DNA from: Nitrospirota bacterium
GTDB lineage: Bacteria; Nitrospirota; Thermodesulfovibrionia; Thermodesulfovibrionales; Dissulfurispiraceae
Assembly (NCBI GenBank): GCA_963790025.1
Contig: CAWBMP010000002.1
Coordinates: forward strand, 288,001-352,000
Direction of reading: 5' to 3'
DNA: 64,000 nt
The notes beneath the pieces are model-generated. The model was given only the letters and a program-made list of their open reading frames with translations, was not told the DNA's origin and made no database searches. Numbering within the stretch: position 1 is the stretch's first letter; each line of letters opens with the position of its first letter. Both the position numbers and the translations under genes were made by a program. Of the stretch, positions 28,481 to 39,495 are shown in pieces.

Positions 28481-29737
28481 ATGGACACTTTAATAATTCG
28501 GGGCGGCAAATCACTTAAGGGAGAAGTCGCCATAAGCGGCGCTAAAAACGCTGCGCTGCCGATTCTTGCAGCGTCCGTTCTGGCCTCCGGCGAAAGCAGG
28601 TTTACCGGTATCCCGGAGCTTAGAGATGTTGCCACAATGGGAAAACTCCTTTCCACGATGGGCTGCAGGTTCGGGTATATGGACGGGAAAGCAGCCATAG
28701 ACAGTGCTTCCATTAACAGTTTTGAGGCGCCTTATGAGCTGGTGAAGACCATGCGGGCCTCGGTACTTGTCCTGGGCCCGCTCCTCGCCAGATACGGGAA
28801 GGCCCGAGTTTCCCTCCCCGGAGGGTGTGCCATCGGCGCCAGACCAATCAATCTCCACTTGATGGGCCTTGAAAAAATGGGCGCCAAAATCAAGCTTGAA
28901 GGTGGATATGTCATTGCCGCGGCAAACCGGCTGAAAGGAGTCTCCATTTATTTCGATACCGTTACCGTAACCGGCACGGAAAATCTGATGATGGCTGCTG
29001 CCCTTGCCAGGGGCACAACCATCCTCGAAAACGCGGCGCGGGAGCCGGAGGTCATAGACCTCGCCAGATGTCTCACCTCAATGGGTGCCCTGATAAAAGG
29101 CGCAGGGGAAAGCGTCATCGAGATAGAAGGGGTCGATGCTTTAAACCCGGTGAAGGGCCACGAAGTTATTCCTGACAGGATTGAGGCAGGAACGTTTATG
29201 GCCATTGCAGGCATCTGCGGCGGCGATCTGCTCCTCAAAAATTGCAGGGCCGATCATCTGGATGCGGTAATCATAAAGCTGAAAGACGCCGGGCTATTAT
29301 TTAAAGTTACGAAAAAGGGTCTCAGGGTTACAGGGCCGGGTCGTCCGGTAGCGGCCGACCTGAAGACAATACCCCATCCGGGGTTTCCCACCGATATGCA
29401 GGCACAGTTCATGGCAATGATGACAGTCGCCAAGGGAACAAGTGTTATAAAAGAGACCGTGTTCGAAAACAGATACATGCACGTTGCAGAGCTCAAGAGA
29501 ATGGGAGCCGACATACGCATCGAGAGCGGCACCGCAACGGTCAGGGGAGTAGAGCAGCTCAAAGGGGCCCCTGTAATGGCGACCGATTTAAGGGCATCGG
29601 CATCGCTTGTCGTTGCCGCACTCCGCGCCCGGGGTGAGACGAAGATCAGCAGAATTTACCATCTTGACAGAGGCTACGAAAAAATGGATGAAAAACTTCG
29701 CAAGATCGGGGCCGATGTGAACAGGGCCCGTGAATAG
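28481..29737 (+). CDS. murA: UDP-N-acetylglucosamine 1-carboxyvinyltransferase
   Basis: SGAKNAALP, MRAS, LPGGCAIGARP, PGFPTDMQAQ, DLRASA, HLDRGYE. Confidence 0.97.
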   Translation: MDTLIIRGGKSLKGEVAISGAKNAALPILAASVLASGESRFTGIPELRDVATMGKLLSTMGCRFGYMDGKAAIDSASINSFEAPYELVKTMRASVLVLGPLLARYGKARVSLPGGCAIGARPINLHLMGLEKMGAKIKLEGGYVIAAANRLKGVSIYFDTVTVTGTENLMMAAALARGTTILENAAREPEVIDLARCLTSMGALIKGAGESVIEIEGVDALNPVKGHEVIPDRIEAGTFMAIAGICGGDLLLKNCRADHLDAVIIKLKDAGLLFKVTKKGLRVTGPGRPVAADLKTIPHPGFPTDMQAQFMAMMTVAKGTSVIKETVFENRYMHVAELKRMGADIRIESGTATVRGVEQLKGAPVMATDLRASASLVVAALRARGETKISRIYHLDRGYEKMDEKLRKIGADVNRARE

Positions 29738-29744
29738 TTGTTGA

Positions 29745-31484
29745 TCACTTCTTAAACATCTTTCTTAATTCTTCGAGAGAAATAAAAATCCGGGTCGGTC
29801 TTCCGTGAGGGCAGCAGTGGGGGTTGTCCGCCGCATCAAGGGATTTCAACAGCTCAGCCACCCTCATACCATCAGGTATCTCCTTTCCCCTTATTGAAGT
29901 GTGGCATGCCAGGCGGGCCGCAATCAATTTTCTCATTGACTCAACCGGTTCAACCTCTCTTATGTGCCCCTCAGCTCCCTGAGGGTTTTTGGCGGCACAT
30001 ACTCCAGGTATTTCCAGAAGAGATGAGGCGATATCGGTCAAAATAGAAAGAGGATCGCCGTCCCTGAGCACCTCTGGAATACTACGTATAAGAATTGTAT
30101 CGTGGCCGAAATCCTCAGCCTCGATCCCGACCTCGTTAAGCAAGTGCAATTGATCAAGAAGGACAGTATATTCACCACGCTGTAATTTCACCTGCTGCGG
30201 GAAAAGCAGGCGGTGGGGCTGGATATCGATTTTTTTCAGAAATCTTTCGTAATTGACCCTTTCGTGAGCGGCGTGATAATCAAGCAGGACAAGCCCTCCG
30301 CTGCCCCTGACAGCAATAAAGGTATCACCAAGGTACAGAATCGGTAGCGGACCTGTGGCGAAGGCGCCTGTCTCTTCGGAAATGAGACTATGGGAAAAAA
30401 CAGGGACAGCGCCCGTTTTTGTTTCAAAAACGGGCGCTGTCCCTGTTTTTTCCGAATCAGCAAAGCCGAATCCAGTATCTTTTTTTAAACCTTCCTTAAC
30501 GGTATGGTACACATAATTAAATATGCTGCTCTTGTCCGCAAAACGCACTTCCCTCTTTGTAGGATGGACGTTGAAATCGACCCGGCCCGGATCGATTTCA
30601 AGAAAGATAAAAAAAGCCGGATGTGTCTCTTTCCGGGCCAATCCCTCATAAGCTTTGTAAACAGCATAAGTAAGGGATTGGTCCTTTACAGGACGTCTGT
30701 TCACAAAGAGAAACTGCATGCTCTTATTATTTCTCATATGCGCCAGGCCACTGGTAAAAATGCTCACGCTCATCCCGCCGTCCCCGGCATCCGCGGTCCC
30801 ACACTCAAGCAGGCCGTCCATAAATTCTTTGCCGTAAAGCTGGACCACTCTTTCTCTCGTAGATGATGCGGCAGGCAGACTGAACACCTCGCCGCCGTCC
30901 ATCCTCAAAATAAAAAATATGTGCGGGTGTGATATTGCCTCCCTGGTGACGGTATCGATTATGTGATAGTTTTCGGTAGTATCCGATTTGAGAAATTTGC
31001 GGCGTGCGGGGGTATTGAAAAAAAGCTCCCTGACCTCAATCCCGGTCCCTGCCGCAGCGCAATCTTTCACCGTTTTTATTTCGCCACCATCAATCTCGAC
31101 GCGCGTCCCCGGAGCGCTGGAATCATTTTCGCCGCTCCGCATCGCCGTCATCAGTATCATCCTGGAAACAGCTGCCATGGAGGAAAGGGCCTCTCCGCGA
31201 AATCCCATGGTCTTTATGTTAAAAAGATCCTGCTCATCTCTAATCTTGCTCGTCGCATACCGCTCAAACGCATTCACAGCATCTTCCCGGTCCATACCGG
31301 TGCCGTTATCGGAGACATGAATAAGTTTTTTGCCGGCACGGACTGTTTCGACCGCGATACGGGTACTTGAGGCATCTATGGCATTTTCTAAGAGTTCTTT
31401 GACAACCGAGGCAGGGCGTTCAACCACTTCACCGGCTGCAATTTTATTGCGAAGATACACGGGCAGGACTGTAATAACAGGCAT
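29745..31484 (-). CDS. mutL: DNA mismatch repair endonuclease MutL
   Basis: IAAGEVVERPASVVKELLENAIDA, GFRGEAL, FNTPARRKF, DFNVHPTKREV, DYHAAHER, CPHGRP. Start MPVI at 31484. Confidence 0.96.
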   Translation of the reverse strand: MPVITVLPVYLRNKIAAGEVVERPASVVKELLENAIDASSTRIAVETVRAGKKLIHVSDNGTGMDREDAVNAFERYATSKIRDEQDLFNIKTMGFRGEALSSMAAVSRMILMTAMRSGENDSSAPGTRVEIDGGEIKTVKDCAAAGTGIEVRELFFNTPARRKFLKSDTTENYHIIDTVTREAISHPHIFFILRMDGGEVFSLPAASSTRERVVQLYGKEFMDGLLECGTADAGDGGMSVSIFTSGLAHMRNNKSMQFLFVNRRPVKDQSLTYAVYKAYEGLARKETHPAFFIFLEIDPGRVDFNVHPTKREVRFADKSSIFNYVYHTVKEGLKKDTGFGFADSEKTGTAPVFETKTGAVPVFSHSLISEETGAFATGPLPILYLGDTFIAVRGSGGLVLLDYHAAHERVNYERFLKKIDIQPHRLLFPQQVKLQRGEYTVLLDQLHLLNEVGIEAEDFGHDTILIRSIPEVLRDGDPLSILTDIASSLLEIPGVCAAKNPQGAEGHIREVEPVESMRKLIAARLACHTSIRGKEIPDGMRVAELLKSLDAADNPHCCPHGRPTRIFISLEELRKMFKK

Positions 31485-31586
31485 GAAATATTTTACCACA
31501 GGGAAACAGGGAAAAGATCTTACGTTATTTGCTATTATACAAATTGAACATTGTCTCTAAGCGGATAAGAGGAGGAGTGAAAAGAC

Positions 31587-32066
31587 ATGAAAAAAACACT
31601 CACAATATTTATATTTTGCCTGCTTTTGATGCCCACTGTCGTTTTTTCCATCGATGTTGATAAATCGGCAGATCTGATACTGCACAGAAATGTTTCCTGG
31701 CACGAGAAAGTCAAGGTGATAGACGAAGTTTCACCTCTGGGAAATGAAAAAATTTTGAACGCGCTAGTTACTGTTTATTATGATAGCTCCCTGCATTACG
31801 GCTGTCCGTCGATACTTTATCATACTGTAAATGGCCTGAGGTTTTATAAGGGAAATAAGAAAGCCTTAGGTGTTGTCAGGGACGGGATACATTACAATGA
31901 ACCCGAAATCAGGATGATAAGCCTGGAAGTTTTGGGTGTGATAGGCTCGGAAGAAGATATCGACATCCTGAGGCCTTTTTTAATGAGCAGTCGCCCTTTT
32001 GAATCTCATTATGCAGAGATAGCTGTCAAGAACATAAAAGATCGGGCTCAGCGTTCCGCGCTATAA
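31587..32066 (+). CDS. Exported hypothetical protein with HEAT-like repeat
   Basis: Strong SD GAGGAGG, signal peptide, EIRMISLEVLGVIG...ILRPFL pattern. Confidence 0.6.
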   Translation: MKKTLTIFIFCLLLMPTVVFSIDVDKSADLILHRNVSWHEKVKVIDEVSPLGNEKILNALVTVYYDSSLHYGCPSILYHTVNGLRFYKGNKKALGVVRDGIHYNEPEIRMISLEVLGVIGSEEDIDILRPFLMSSRPFESHYAEIAVKNIKDRAQRSAL

Positions 32067-32332
32067 CTTAAAATTGAAACGGAAGGTCATAGAAGAATCT
32101 GTACCATTTGTCAGCATCCTGAAATGGCTTTTCCTTGCAACACGCATTGGTATCATTGTCAGCTTGTCCACTGCTTTTTTCCTCGGACTCCTTCATATAT
32201 GAACCAAGGGAGAAAAGTTTATTAGGCTTTGTATCGAGGAGTTTTAAGAGATTTCGAGAGCGATGGTAACTTGACAACACCCCTCTTTGCTTATAACATT
32301 ATTTTATCCATCCTTAAGCCGGGAGGTGCTCC

Positions 32333-32797
32333 ATGATATCACTTGACGTAAACGGAAAAAGGTATGAGGTCGAAGCCGGCCCCGATGTACCTCTGCTCTG
32401 GGTCATCAGAGAGCAATTGGGGCTGACAGGCACAAAATACGGTTGTGGCGTGGCCCAGTGCGGCGCTTGTACCGTCCATATCGACGGCAAAGCCGAAAGG
32501 TCCTGCCAGGTGCAGGTTAAGGAAGCTGAAAACAAAAAGATAACGACCATAGAAGGCATTCCCGATGACCACCCTGTAAAAAAGGCGTGGGTAGAAGATG
32601 ATGTTCCCCAATGCGGCTATTGCCAGCCGGGTCAGATCATGACCGCAATAGCACTGTTAGAGGAAAACCCCCACCCAAACGACACTGATATAGTCAATTC
32701 CATGTCTGCAACCCTCTGCCGCTGCGGTACATATCAACGAATCAGGCGTGCTGTCCAAAAGGCTTCCGGTATCGCGGTTAAAGGAGGAAGTCAATGA
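32333..32797 (+). CDS. (2Fe-2S)-binding small subunit, isoquinoline 1-oxidoreductase alpha (IorA)-like
   Basis: GTKYGCGVAQCGACTV, QCGYCQPGQ, CRCGTY. Confidence 0.92.
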   Translation: MISLDVNGKRYEVEAGPDVPLLWVIREQLGLTGTKYGCGVAQCGACTVHIDGKAERSCQVQVKEAENKKITTIEGIPDDHPVKKAWVEDDVPQCGYCQPGQIMTAIALLEENPHPNDTDIVNSMSATLCRCGTYQRIRRAVQKASGIAVKGGSQ

Positions 32798-34953
32798 GCG
32801 AATTCATGATTATAAGCCGCCGTGATTTCTTAAAGACCGGTGCACTGGCAGGAGGAGGACTGATAATCGGCTTCTCTCTTTTTCCCCGCGAGTCGGGTGG
32901 AATGACAGACGAGCCATCGTCATGCTTTGTCCCGAACGCATTCATCCAGATAGGCAGCGATGACACAGTTACTATTGTTGTCAACAAATCAGAGATGGGA
33001 CAGGGCGTTTATACGTCCCTGCCTATGTTGATAGCTGAAGAACTCGACGCGGATTGGTCAAATATCCTGGTTGAACCCGCGCCTGTAGATCCTGCTTACA
33101 ACCATACCGAATGGGGGAGCATACAGGGAACCGGCGGAAGTTCGAGCGTCCGCTCGACCTGGAACCAGTTCAGAAAGGCGGGTGCCGCGGCGAGAGCAAT
33201 GCTGGTGAGTGCAGCATCAGAGATGTGGCAGGTCAGCCCGTCTTCCTGCCGTACCGAAAACGGACACGTCATTAACAAGTCTACAGGGAAAAAGCTTTCT
33301 TACGGCAAGCTTGCCCAAAAGGCTGCCCAGTTCAAACCACCTGAAAATGTGCCATTGAAACGGCCCGATGAATTCAGGATCATCGGCAAACCAATGCATC
33401 GCATAGATTCCTCGGATAAAGTAAATGGGAAAGCGATATTCGGTATGGATGCTAAGGTCCCGGGTATGCTCATAGCTGTTGTTGCCCGAGCTCCTGTATT
33501 CGGCGGCAAGGTGAAAAGCTTCGATGCGAAGAAGGCGGAAGCTGTTAAGGGCGTAAAGAACGTTGTACAGATAGATTCCGGTGTTGTGGTTGTAGCTGAT
33601 ACCTTCTGGTCCGCAAAACTCGGGCGGGACGCTCTGAAAGTCGTTTGGGATGAGGGCCCGTTGTCCGCGCTGGACAGCGGATCACTGAGCAAGCAGTATG
33701 CCGGCATGGCCGGCACTCCGGGACTTGTTGCAAAAAAAACGGGAGATGCCGTACAGGCGTTCGCAAAGGCTGAAAAACAGATCAGTGCAGAGTATGAGGT
33801 GCCTTACCTGGCCCACGCTACGATGGAACCGCTGAACTGTCTCGTTGACCTCCGTTCCGACAGATGCGAAATCTGGACCGGCACGCAGTTTCAAACGGTA
33901 GACCGCAATGCCGCAGCCCGCGTAGCAGGACTTAAACCCGAACAGGTTAAAATTCACACTACCTTTCTCGGCGGAGGGTTCGGCAGGCGTGCTAACCCTC
34001 ATTCGGATTTTGTCATTGAAGCAGTAAATGTTGCCAAAGCAGTGAAACAGCCTGTGAAAGTAATATGGACCAGGGAGGACGATATGAAAGGCGGCTATTA
34101 TCGTCCCATGTGGCGTGACCGCATTTCGGCGGGCCTCGATGCGAACGGAAAACTGACCTCCTGGCAGCACACTATCGTAGGGCAATCTATAATCAGCGGG
34201 ACCCCATTTGAAAACATGATGGTAAAGAATGGAGTTGACGCAACTTCGGTCGAAGGGGCAGCCGATATTCCATATTCTATTCCCAATATCCTTGTCGATC
34301 TGCACACTGCAAATACAGGAGTCCCCGTACTGTGGTGGAGGTCTGTCGGCCATTCACATACGGCCTTTGTCGTCGAGACCTTTATCGACGAGGCGGCCCA
34401 TGCCGCAGGCAAAGACCCATACGAATTCCGCCGCGCCATGCTCGCAGAACATCCCAGGCACAGGGCCGTACTGGAGCTTGCTGCGCAAAAGGCTGGCTGG
34501 GGCAGTCCGCTCAAAGCCGGACGCGGGCGGGGGATAGCGGTGCATTCATCGTTTAAAAGCTATATTGCCCAGGTGGCCGAGGTCTCGGTGGGCCCGGCAA
34601 AGACAGTCAATGTCCATCGAGTTGTTTGCGCTGTCGATTGCGGAATAGTAGTGAATCCCGATACGGTAAAGGCGCAGATGGAATCAGGCATTATCTTCGG
34701 CCTTTCCGCCGCCCTGTTCGGCTCGATAACCTTTAAAGGCGGCAGGGTGGAACAAAACAATTTTTATGACTACCAGTTGGCGCGCATGAAAGACACTCCG
34801 GAAATCGAGGTATATATTGTGCAAAGCCAGGAGCTGCCGACCGGGGTCGGAGAACCGGGTGTCCCGCCCATTGCCCCGGCAGTAGCAAATGCGGTCTTCG
34901 CGGCAACAGGGGCAAGGATACGAAAGCTTCCCATGACCCCTGAAACACTCTAA
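32794..34953 (+). CDS. Xanthine dehydrogenase-family molybdopterin subunit, IorB-like, Tat-exported
   Basis: SRRDFLK Tat motif, [41 protein letters not shown]. Confidence 0.92.
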   Translation: MSEFMIISRRDFLKTGALAGGGLIIGFSLFPRESGGMTDEPSSCFVPNAFIQIGSDDTVTIVVNKSEMGQGVYTSLPMLIAEELDADWSNILVEPAPVDPAYNHTEWGSIQGTGGSSSVRSTWNQFRKAGAAARAMLVSAASEMWQVSPSSCRTENGHVINKSTGKKLSYGKLAQKAAQFKPPENVPLKRPDEFRIIGKPMHRIDSSDKVNGKAIFGMDAKVPGMLIAVVARAPVFGGKVKSFDAKKAEAVKGVKNVVQIDSGVVVVADTFWSAKLGRDALKVVWDEGPLSALDSGSLSKQYAGMAGTPGLVAKKTGDAVQAFAKAEKQISAEYEVPYLAHATMEPLNCLVDLRSDRCEIWTGTQFQTVDRNAAARVAGLKPEQVKIHTTFLGGGFGRRANPHSDFVIEAVNVAKAVKQPVKVIWTREDDMKGGYYRPMWRDRISAGLDANGKLTSWQHTIVGQSIISGTPFENMMVKNGVDATSVEGAADIPYSIPNILVDLHTANTGVPVLWWRSVGHSHTAFVVETFIDEAAHAAGKDPYEFRRAMLAEHPRHRAVLELAAQKAGWGSPLKAGRGRGIAVHSSFKSYIAQVAEVSVGPAKTVNVHRVVCAVDCGIVVNPDTVKAQMESGIIFGLSAALFGSITFKGGRVEQNNFYDYQLARMKDTPEIEVYIVQSQELPTGVGEPGVPPIAPAVANAVFAATGARIRKLPMTPETL

Positions 34954-35014
34954 AAAAGGCGAAAGGCAAAGGGCTGATGGCACGTTTCGCCACGTTTAAG
35001 GGGGCCGCCTGACA

Positions 35015-36157
35015 ATGAGCCTTTTCCTTACCATTTTCTTCATACTCTACGCGGCTCTGCATTGTTATGCCTTTATAAAGGCCAGGGCCGCATTTGCTTT
35101 TGGTGCCGGCGCCGGCGTCACCCTTGCGCTCTTTATGCTGGTAATGCTCTTTATGCCTTTCATAATCCATTACCTGGAAAAATACGGATACGATACAGCA
35201 GCCCGTCCTACCGCCTTTGCAGGATATACGTGGATGGGGGTACTGTTCTTATTTTGTTCCGCAGCAATGCCAATAGATTGTTACCGGCTTGCCGTTCATG
35301 CAGCGGGATTTTTTTCTAAAAAAAACCTTGCTTACATATCCGTATCAGATTATCATTTATTCATGGCAGCGCTGATAATTTCTCTGGCTGCCGCTGTATA
35401 CGGTTATTTCGAAGCAAAAGACATCAGGACCGAAAGACTCGTTATTAAAACCCCTAAAATTTCACGGGAGCTGGGCAGGATCAGGATCGTTCAGATCTCC
35501 GATGTGCACCTCGGGCTTATTGTCAGGGAAGAACGGTTAAAAAAAATACTCGACGCTGTAAAAAAAGCGGGTCCGGACATGCTGGTTTCGACCGGCGATC
35601 TCGTTGACGGACAGATCAGCCATAGGAATGGCCTTGCTGCTATGCTGCAGGAGATTAACCCGCGGTATGGAAAATTCGCCATAACCGGAAATCACGAGTT
35701 CTATGCAGGGCTCGAACAGTCGCTGAATTTTACAAAAGAGGCAGGGTTCACCATTCTCAGCGGTAGCGCTGTATCAGGACCGATCATTGTTGCGGGAGTC
35801 GATGACCCGACTGCCAAGGCCTTTGGATTGTCCTCGTCTATTACTGAAAAAACACTGCTTCAGAAATTACCCTCAAACAAGTTTATTATATTGCTCAAGC
35901 ACCGGCCGCTGGTAGATAAAAATTCCGGTGGCCTCTTCGATCTGCAGCTCTCAGGACATGTGCATAAAGGACAGATATTCCCTTTCAGCCTTTTGACGAA
36001 AATCTATTATCCGGTATATGCGGGATATGAAAAACTGCCGGGCAATGCCCATCTGTACGTTAGCAGGGGCAGCGGGACCTGGGGACCCCCGATACGCTTT
36101 CTGGCCCCCCCCGAAGTAACTGTCATAGACCTGGTAAACAATGCAGACGTATTGTAA
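35015..36157 (+). CDS. Membrane-anchored metallophosphoesterase (YkuE-like)
   Basis: N-terminal TMs; SDVHLG, TGDLVD, GNHEFY, HRP, LSGHVHKGQ, VSRG.GTWGPP. Confidence 0.9.
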   Translation: MSLFLTIFFILYAALHCYAFIKARAAFAFGAGAGVTLALFMLVMLFMPFIIHYLEKYGYDTAARPTAFAGYTWMGVLFLFCSAAMPIDCYRLAVHAAGFFSKKNLAYISVSDYHLFMAALIISLAAAVYGYFEAKDIRTERLVIKTPKISRELGRIRIVQISDVHLGLIVREERLKKILDAVKKAGPDMLVSTGDLVDGQISHRNGLAAMLQEINPRYGKFAITGNHEFYAGLEQSLNFTKEAGFTILSGSAVSGPIIVAGVDDPTAKAFGLSSSITEKTLLQKLPSNKFIILLKHRPLVDKNSGGLFDLQLSGHVHKGQIFPFSLLTKIYYPVYAGYEKLPGNAHLYVSRGSGTWGPPIRFLAPPEVTVIDLVNNADVL

Positions 36158-36829
36158 CTACTTCGGCAACCATACACGGTAAGAAGACGCATCAGGGTCT
36201 TTGACAAATTTTATTGTCTTTATCTCACCCTTGTACAAAGCACCGACCAACTGCCTTGATCCATTTATTTGGTTGCCTCCGGCGTCGTAAAAGTCAATCA
36301 TGACCGGGGTCTTACCATTAACGTCCTTAAGCGCTTTTATCGTAACTTCGACATACTCCTTTGAGCCCGATGAGGAATAATAAACACTGTCCGATTCTTT
36401 GATGTTCAACAATCTCAGAACATCATTGCCTTCGGCGCCCGCATCACCTTTTGTTCCCTGGACCTTTCCAATCTCTTCCCGTATAGCATCTTCAAATGCT
36501 GCAGGCTCAATGTTCGCTTCTATCCTGTCGCAAATGGTCCTGCCTTTCTCGGAATGCATTATTGTTTTAATATTTTTCAGATAACTCGCCGACAACACCT
36601 GCACCAGATCATTCGTAAGTTGAAAATTCTCAACATTTGTTGTTGATTTGACAAATGCTCCGTAAGATTCGATCGCGTTTCTGACTGCCAAGGCCCTTGC
36701 CGTTTCTCTAGCTTCTTTCAGGCTTTCTTTGTCCCCGTAGGTATAACAATAATTCCCCTGAATTGTTTCGCCAAAGCAGAGGGACGGGAGGAACAGAAAG
36801 ATTAACAACAGTGTCATTTTCTTCAGCAT
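36158..36829 (-). CDS. Exported hypothetical protein
   Basis: Signal peptide MLKKMTLLLIFLFLPSLCFG; YCYTYGDKES..EAR..A...A.RNAIE flagellar FlgT/LPP20-like N-terminus (weak). Confidence 0.6.
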   Translation of the reverse strand: MLKKMTLLLIFLFLPSLCFGETIQGNYCYTYGDKESLKEARETARALAVRNAIESYGAFVKSTTNVENFQLTNDLVQVLSASYLKNIKTIMHSEKGRTICDRIEANIEPAAFEDAIREEIGKVQGTKGDAGAEGNDVLRLLNIKESDSVYYSSSGSKEYVEVTIKALKDVNGKTPVMIDFYDAGGNQINGSRQLVGALYKGEIKTIKFVKDPDASSYRVWLPK

Positions 36830-36885
36830 AGCTTTGCCTCTCCTATTACCATACACTATTTAAAAAAACTTTTGAAGTACGACTT

Positions 36886-36914
36886 TGGAAGTGGGACAGA
36901 CTGACCCACTTCCA
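36886..36914. repeat. REP-like palindrome
   Basis: TGGAAGTGGG-ACAGACTGA-CCCACTTCCA, 10-bp perfect stem between divergent genes. Confidence 0.55.
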
Positions 36915-36964
36915 CTACTTACATAAAGTTGTGACTTTCCGCTGTCTCCTGTTATAATCTTTCG

Positions 36965-38008
36965 ATGAGGCGTATCCTGATGAAGGGCAATGAAGCGATT
37001 GCCGAAGCTGCAGTACAGGCATCATGCAGGTTTTATGCTGGATATCCCATAACACCCCAGAATGAAATCCCAGAATACATGTCACGGCGCTTGCCTGAAG
37101 TTGACGGGACTTTTATTCAGGCAGAGAGCGAGATAGCGGCAATCAATATGGTTTTCGGGGCTTCTGCATGCGGGGCCCGGGCAATGACCTCTTCGAGCAG
37201 CCCGGGTATAAGCCTTAAGCAGGAGTGTATCTCATTTCTCGCCGGTGCCCAGCTCCCCGCTGTAATTGTCAATATGCAAAGGGGCGGTCCCGGTCTTGGA
37301 AATATCTCGGCGAGCCAGGCCGATTATTTCCAGGCTGTAAAAGGCGGCGGGCACGGTGACTACAAGGTTTTGGTTTACGCCCCATACAACCATCAGGAAC
37401 TTTGGGATATTACCATGAGGTCCTTTGATAAGGCCGATGAATACAGAAATCCGGTAATGATCCTGGGCGACGCCATTCTGGGACAGATGATGGAGCCTTT
37501 TGTTCCGACCCCGTACACAAGGCCGGTACTCCCGGAAAAGACATGGGCGCTTACCGGGTGCAAGGGCCGTCAGCCTAATGTCGTAAAATCCCTCTTTATG
37601 GGGGAAGGTGAACTGGAGCAGCATAATATTATGCTCCAGGCTAAATACCGGAAGATGAAGGACAAAGAAACGCTGTTCCAATCCACTTATGCTGATGACG
37701 CGGAACTCGTTGTCGTAGCCTTTGGAATCGCAGCACGCATTGCATTGTCTGCAATACGCAGGCTGAGACAGGATGGACACAAAATCGGTCTCCTGAGGCC
37801 CATAACACTATTCCCTTTCCCCGACGCCCCGATCCAGGCATTGGCAGGCGGCAACAGAAGATTTATAACCGTCGAGCTGAATGCGGGACAGATGGTTGAA
37901 GACGTCAGGCTCGCCGTCAACGGGAAGTCAGAGGTGCTATTTTACGGAAGGCCCGGCGGTGCCATTGTCACTCCGGAAGAGTTGTACGAAAAATTGCTGA
38001 CGCAGTAG
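36965..38008 (+). CDS. vorB: 2-oxoacid:ferredoxin oxidoreductase alpha-type subunit (VorB family)
   Basis: MKGNEAIAEAA, GYPITPQNE, QAESE, SSSSPGISLKQE, RGGPGLG, GGGHGDY, VELNAGQMVEDV. Confidence 0.85.
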   Translation: MRRILMKGNEAIAEAAVQASCRFYAGYPITPQNEIPEYMSRRLPEVDGTFIQAESEIAAINMVFGASACGARAMTSSSSPGISLKQECISFLAGAQLPAVIVNMQRGGPGLGNISASQADYFQAVKGGGHGDYKVLVYAPYNHQELWDITMRSFDKADEYRNPVMILGDAILGQMMEPFVPTPYTRPVLPEKTWALTGCKGRQPNVVKSLFMGEGELEQHNIMLQAKYRKMKDKETLFQSTYADDAELVVVAFGIAARIALSAIRRLRQDGHKIGLLRPITLFPFPDAPIQALAGGNRRFITVELNAGQMVEDVRLAVNGKSEVLFYGRPGGAIVTPEELYEKLLTQ

Positions 38009-38033
38009 GGGTGCAGGTGATTGCCCCTGTTCG

Positions 38034-39032
38034 CTAATACAATAAATCCATTAGTTTTTTTATCAATTCTGCCTTCACTGTCCCCAACTCGCCTTTCGCA
38101 ACACAGCCTGCGGCGTTTTTGTGTCCACCGCCTTTGTAAGAGGCAGCGACTCTCTCCACGTTTATTTCCTCTACCGACCTCAGGCTGATCTTATAATTAT
38201 TTTCTTCCACTTCTCTTATAAATACGGCGATTTTTATATCTTTCATGATCAGGGCAAAGGAGGCAAAATTTTCGGTGTCATCCGAAGTAGTGGCGGTTTC
38301 CTCAAACATCTTTCTAGTTACATAGATGACCGCTACGCCATTGTTGATGGAAAGCGTATCCAGCGCTCTGTTAAACAGCATGAACCGGCCCTCACTCCAC
38401 GATTCGTTAATCCCTTTATATATCCGGGAGGGGTTCGCCCCCGCTTCTGCCAGGTCTGCCGCCACGCGCAGCACCTCGCAGGAAGTATTGGGGTAGCGGA
38501 AATTGCCGGTATCAACAATAATGCCTGCATAAAGATTGTCTGCCATCGGTTTTGTGATTGTGATGCCGAGCGCCTTGATAAGATAATACACCATCATGGC
38601 CGTAGCAGTTATGCTCGGGAATATCCATGAGATATCGCCTGAAGGCCGCTCGATCTCATGGTGGTCAATCACCGCCAATGCATTGAATTTTGCAGAGGAA
38701 AGCCCGGATTTCTCAAGACCGGTCCGCTTGAGCTCGTTACAATCTATGAGTACGAGGTTTTTATATAGTGAGAGATCGATGTCCGGGGGTCTGACAGCAT
38801 CAAAGGTCAGGAACCGGTCCAGGCCGGGCAGAAAGGTATACTGCTGGGGTACTGCATCCCTGCAAACAAGTATACTCCGCTTGCCGAGCTTCTCAAGTGC
38901 CATGCCGAGGGCGCAGGCAGATCCCAACGTATCACCGTCGGGATTAAGATGGGATGCAATGAAAAAGCCATCGTTATTTTTAAAAAAATCGACAATGTCT
39001 TCCGGGGGCGCTACGCCCATCGAGTCAGACAA
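38034..39032 (-). CDS. nrnA: DHH-DHHA1 bifunctional oligoribonuclease/PAP phosphatase
   Basis: HLNPDGD, IDHH, DTGNFRY, SLRS, GGGHKNAAG; lies downstream of rbfA. Confidence 0.9.
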   Translation of the reverse strand: MSDSMGVAPPEDIVDFFKNNDGFFIASHLNPDGDTLGSACALGMALEKLGKRSILVCRDAVPQQYTFLPGLDRFLTFDAVRPPDIDLSLYKNLVLIDCNELKRTGLEKSGLSSAKFNALAVIDHHEIERPSGDISWIFPSITATAMMVYYLIKALGITITKPMADNLYAGIIVDTGNFRYPNTSCEVLRVAADLAEAGANPSRIYKGINESWSEGRFMLFNRALDTLSINNGVAVIYVTRKMFEETATTSDDTENFASFALIMKDIKIAVFIREVEENNYKISLRSVEEINVERVAASYKGGGHKNAAGCVAKGELGTVKAELIKKLMDLLY

Positions 39033-39039
39033 GGCCGCT

Positions 39040-39402
39040 TCATTCGTCTTCAGAATATCCCTTCTTCCTTATCTCGCCCAGCAGCCGGTCGATCCGGTCG
39101 CCATGTGCTATAGACGTATCAATTTTGAATTCTATAACCGGGATGAACTTCACCCTCACTCTCTTCGCCACCTCGCTGCGCACAAGCCCTTTTGCCGCAT
39201 TCAGAATCTCAAGCGCCAGCTCTTTATCCTCATCCTTTAAGGCACTGATAAACACACGCGCGATCTTCAGGTCTTCAGATAATTCCACATCGGTAACGGT
39301 AATAAATCCCAGACGGGGATCTTTAACCTTCTTGATAATTATATCAGCGATTTCTTCCCTGAGCAAAATGGCCAATCTTTTTGATCTTTTGTATGGATGC
39401 AT
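39040..39402 (-). CDS. rbfA: Ribosome-binding factor A
   Basis: KDPRLGFITVTDVELSEDL, P.IEF..D.S. Confidence 0.95.
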   Translation of the reverse strand: MHPYKRSKRLAILLREEIADIIIKKVKDPRLGFITVTDVELSEDLKIARVFISALKDEDKELALEILNAAKGLVRSEVAKRVRVKFIPVIEFKIDTSIAHGDRIDRLLGEIRKKGYSEDE

Positions 39403-39495
39403 ATCTTAAAAGGGAGGTATACGTATAGGCAAAGGCAAAGCAATTAAAACCAAAACTATGTCTTTATCTCTACCTTTACCTTTACCTCTGCCTTT

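Noticed and set aside
32068..32280. 70-aa minus-strand ORF (or 42 aa from ATG 32196)
   Set aside because: No SD, no recognisable motif; cannot be supported as a gene.
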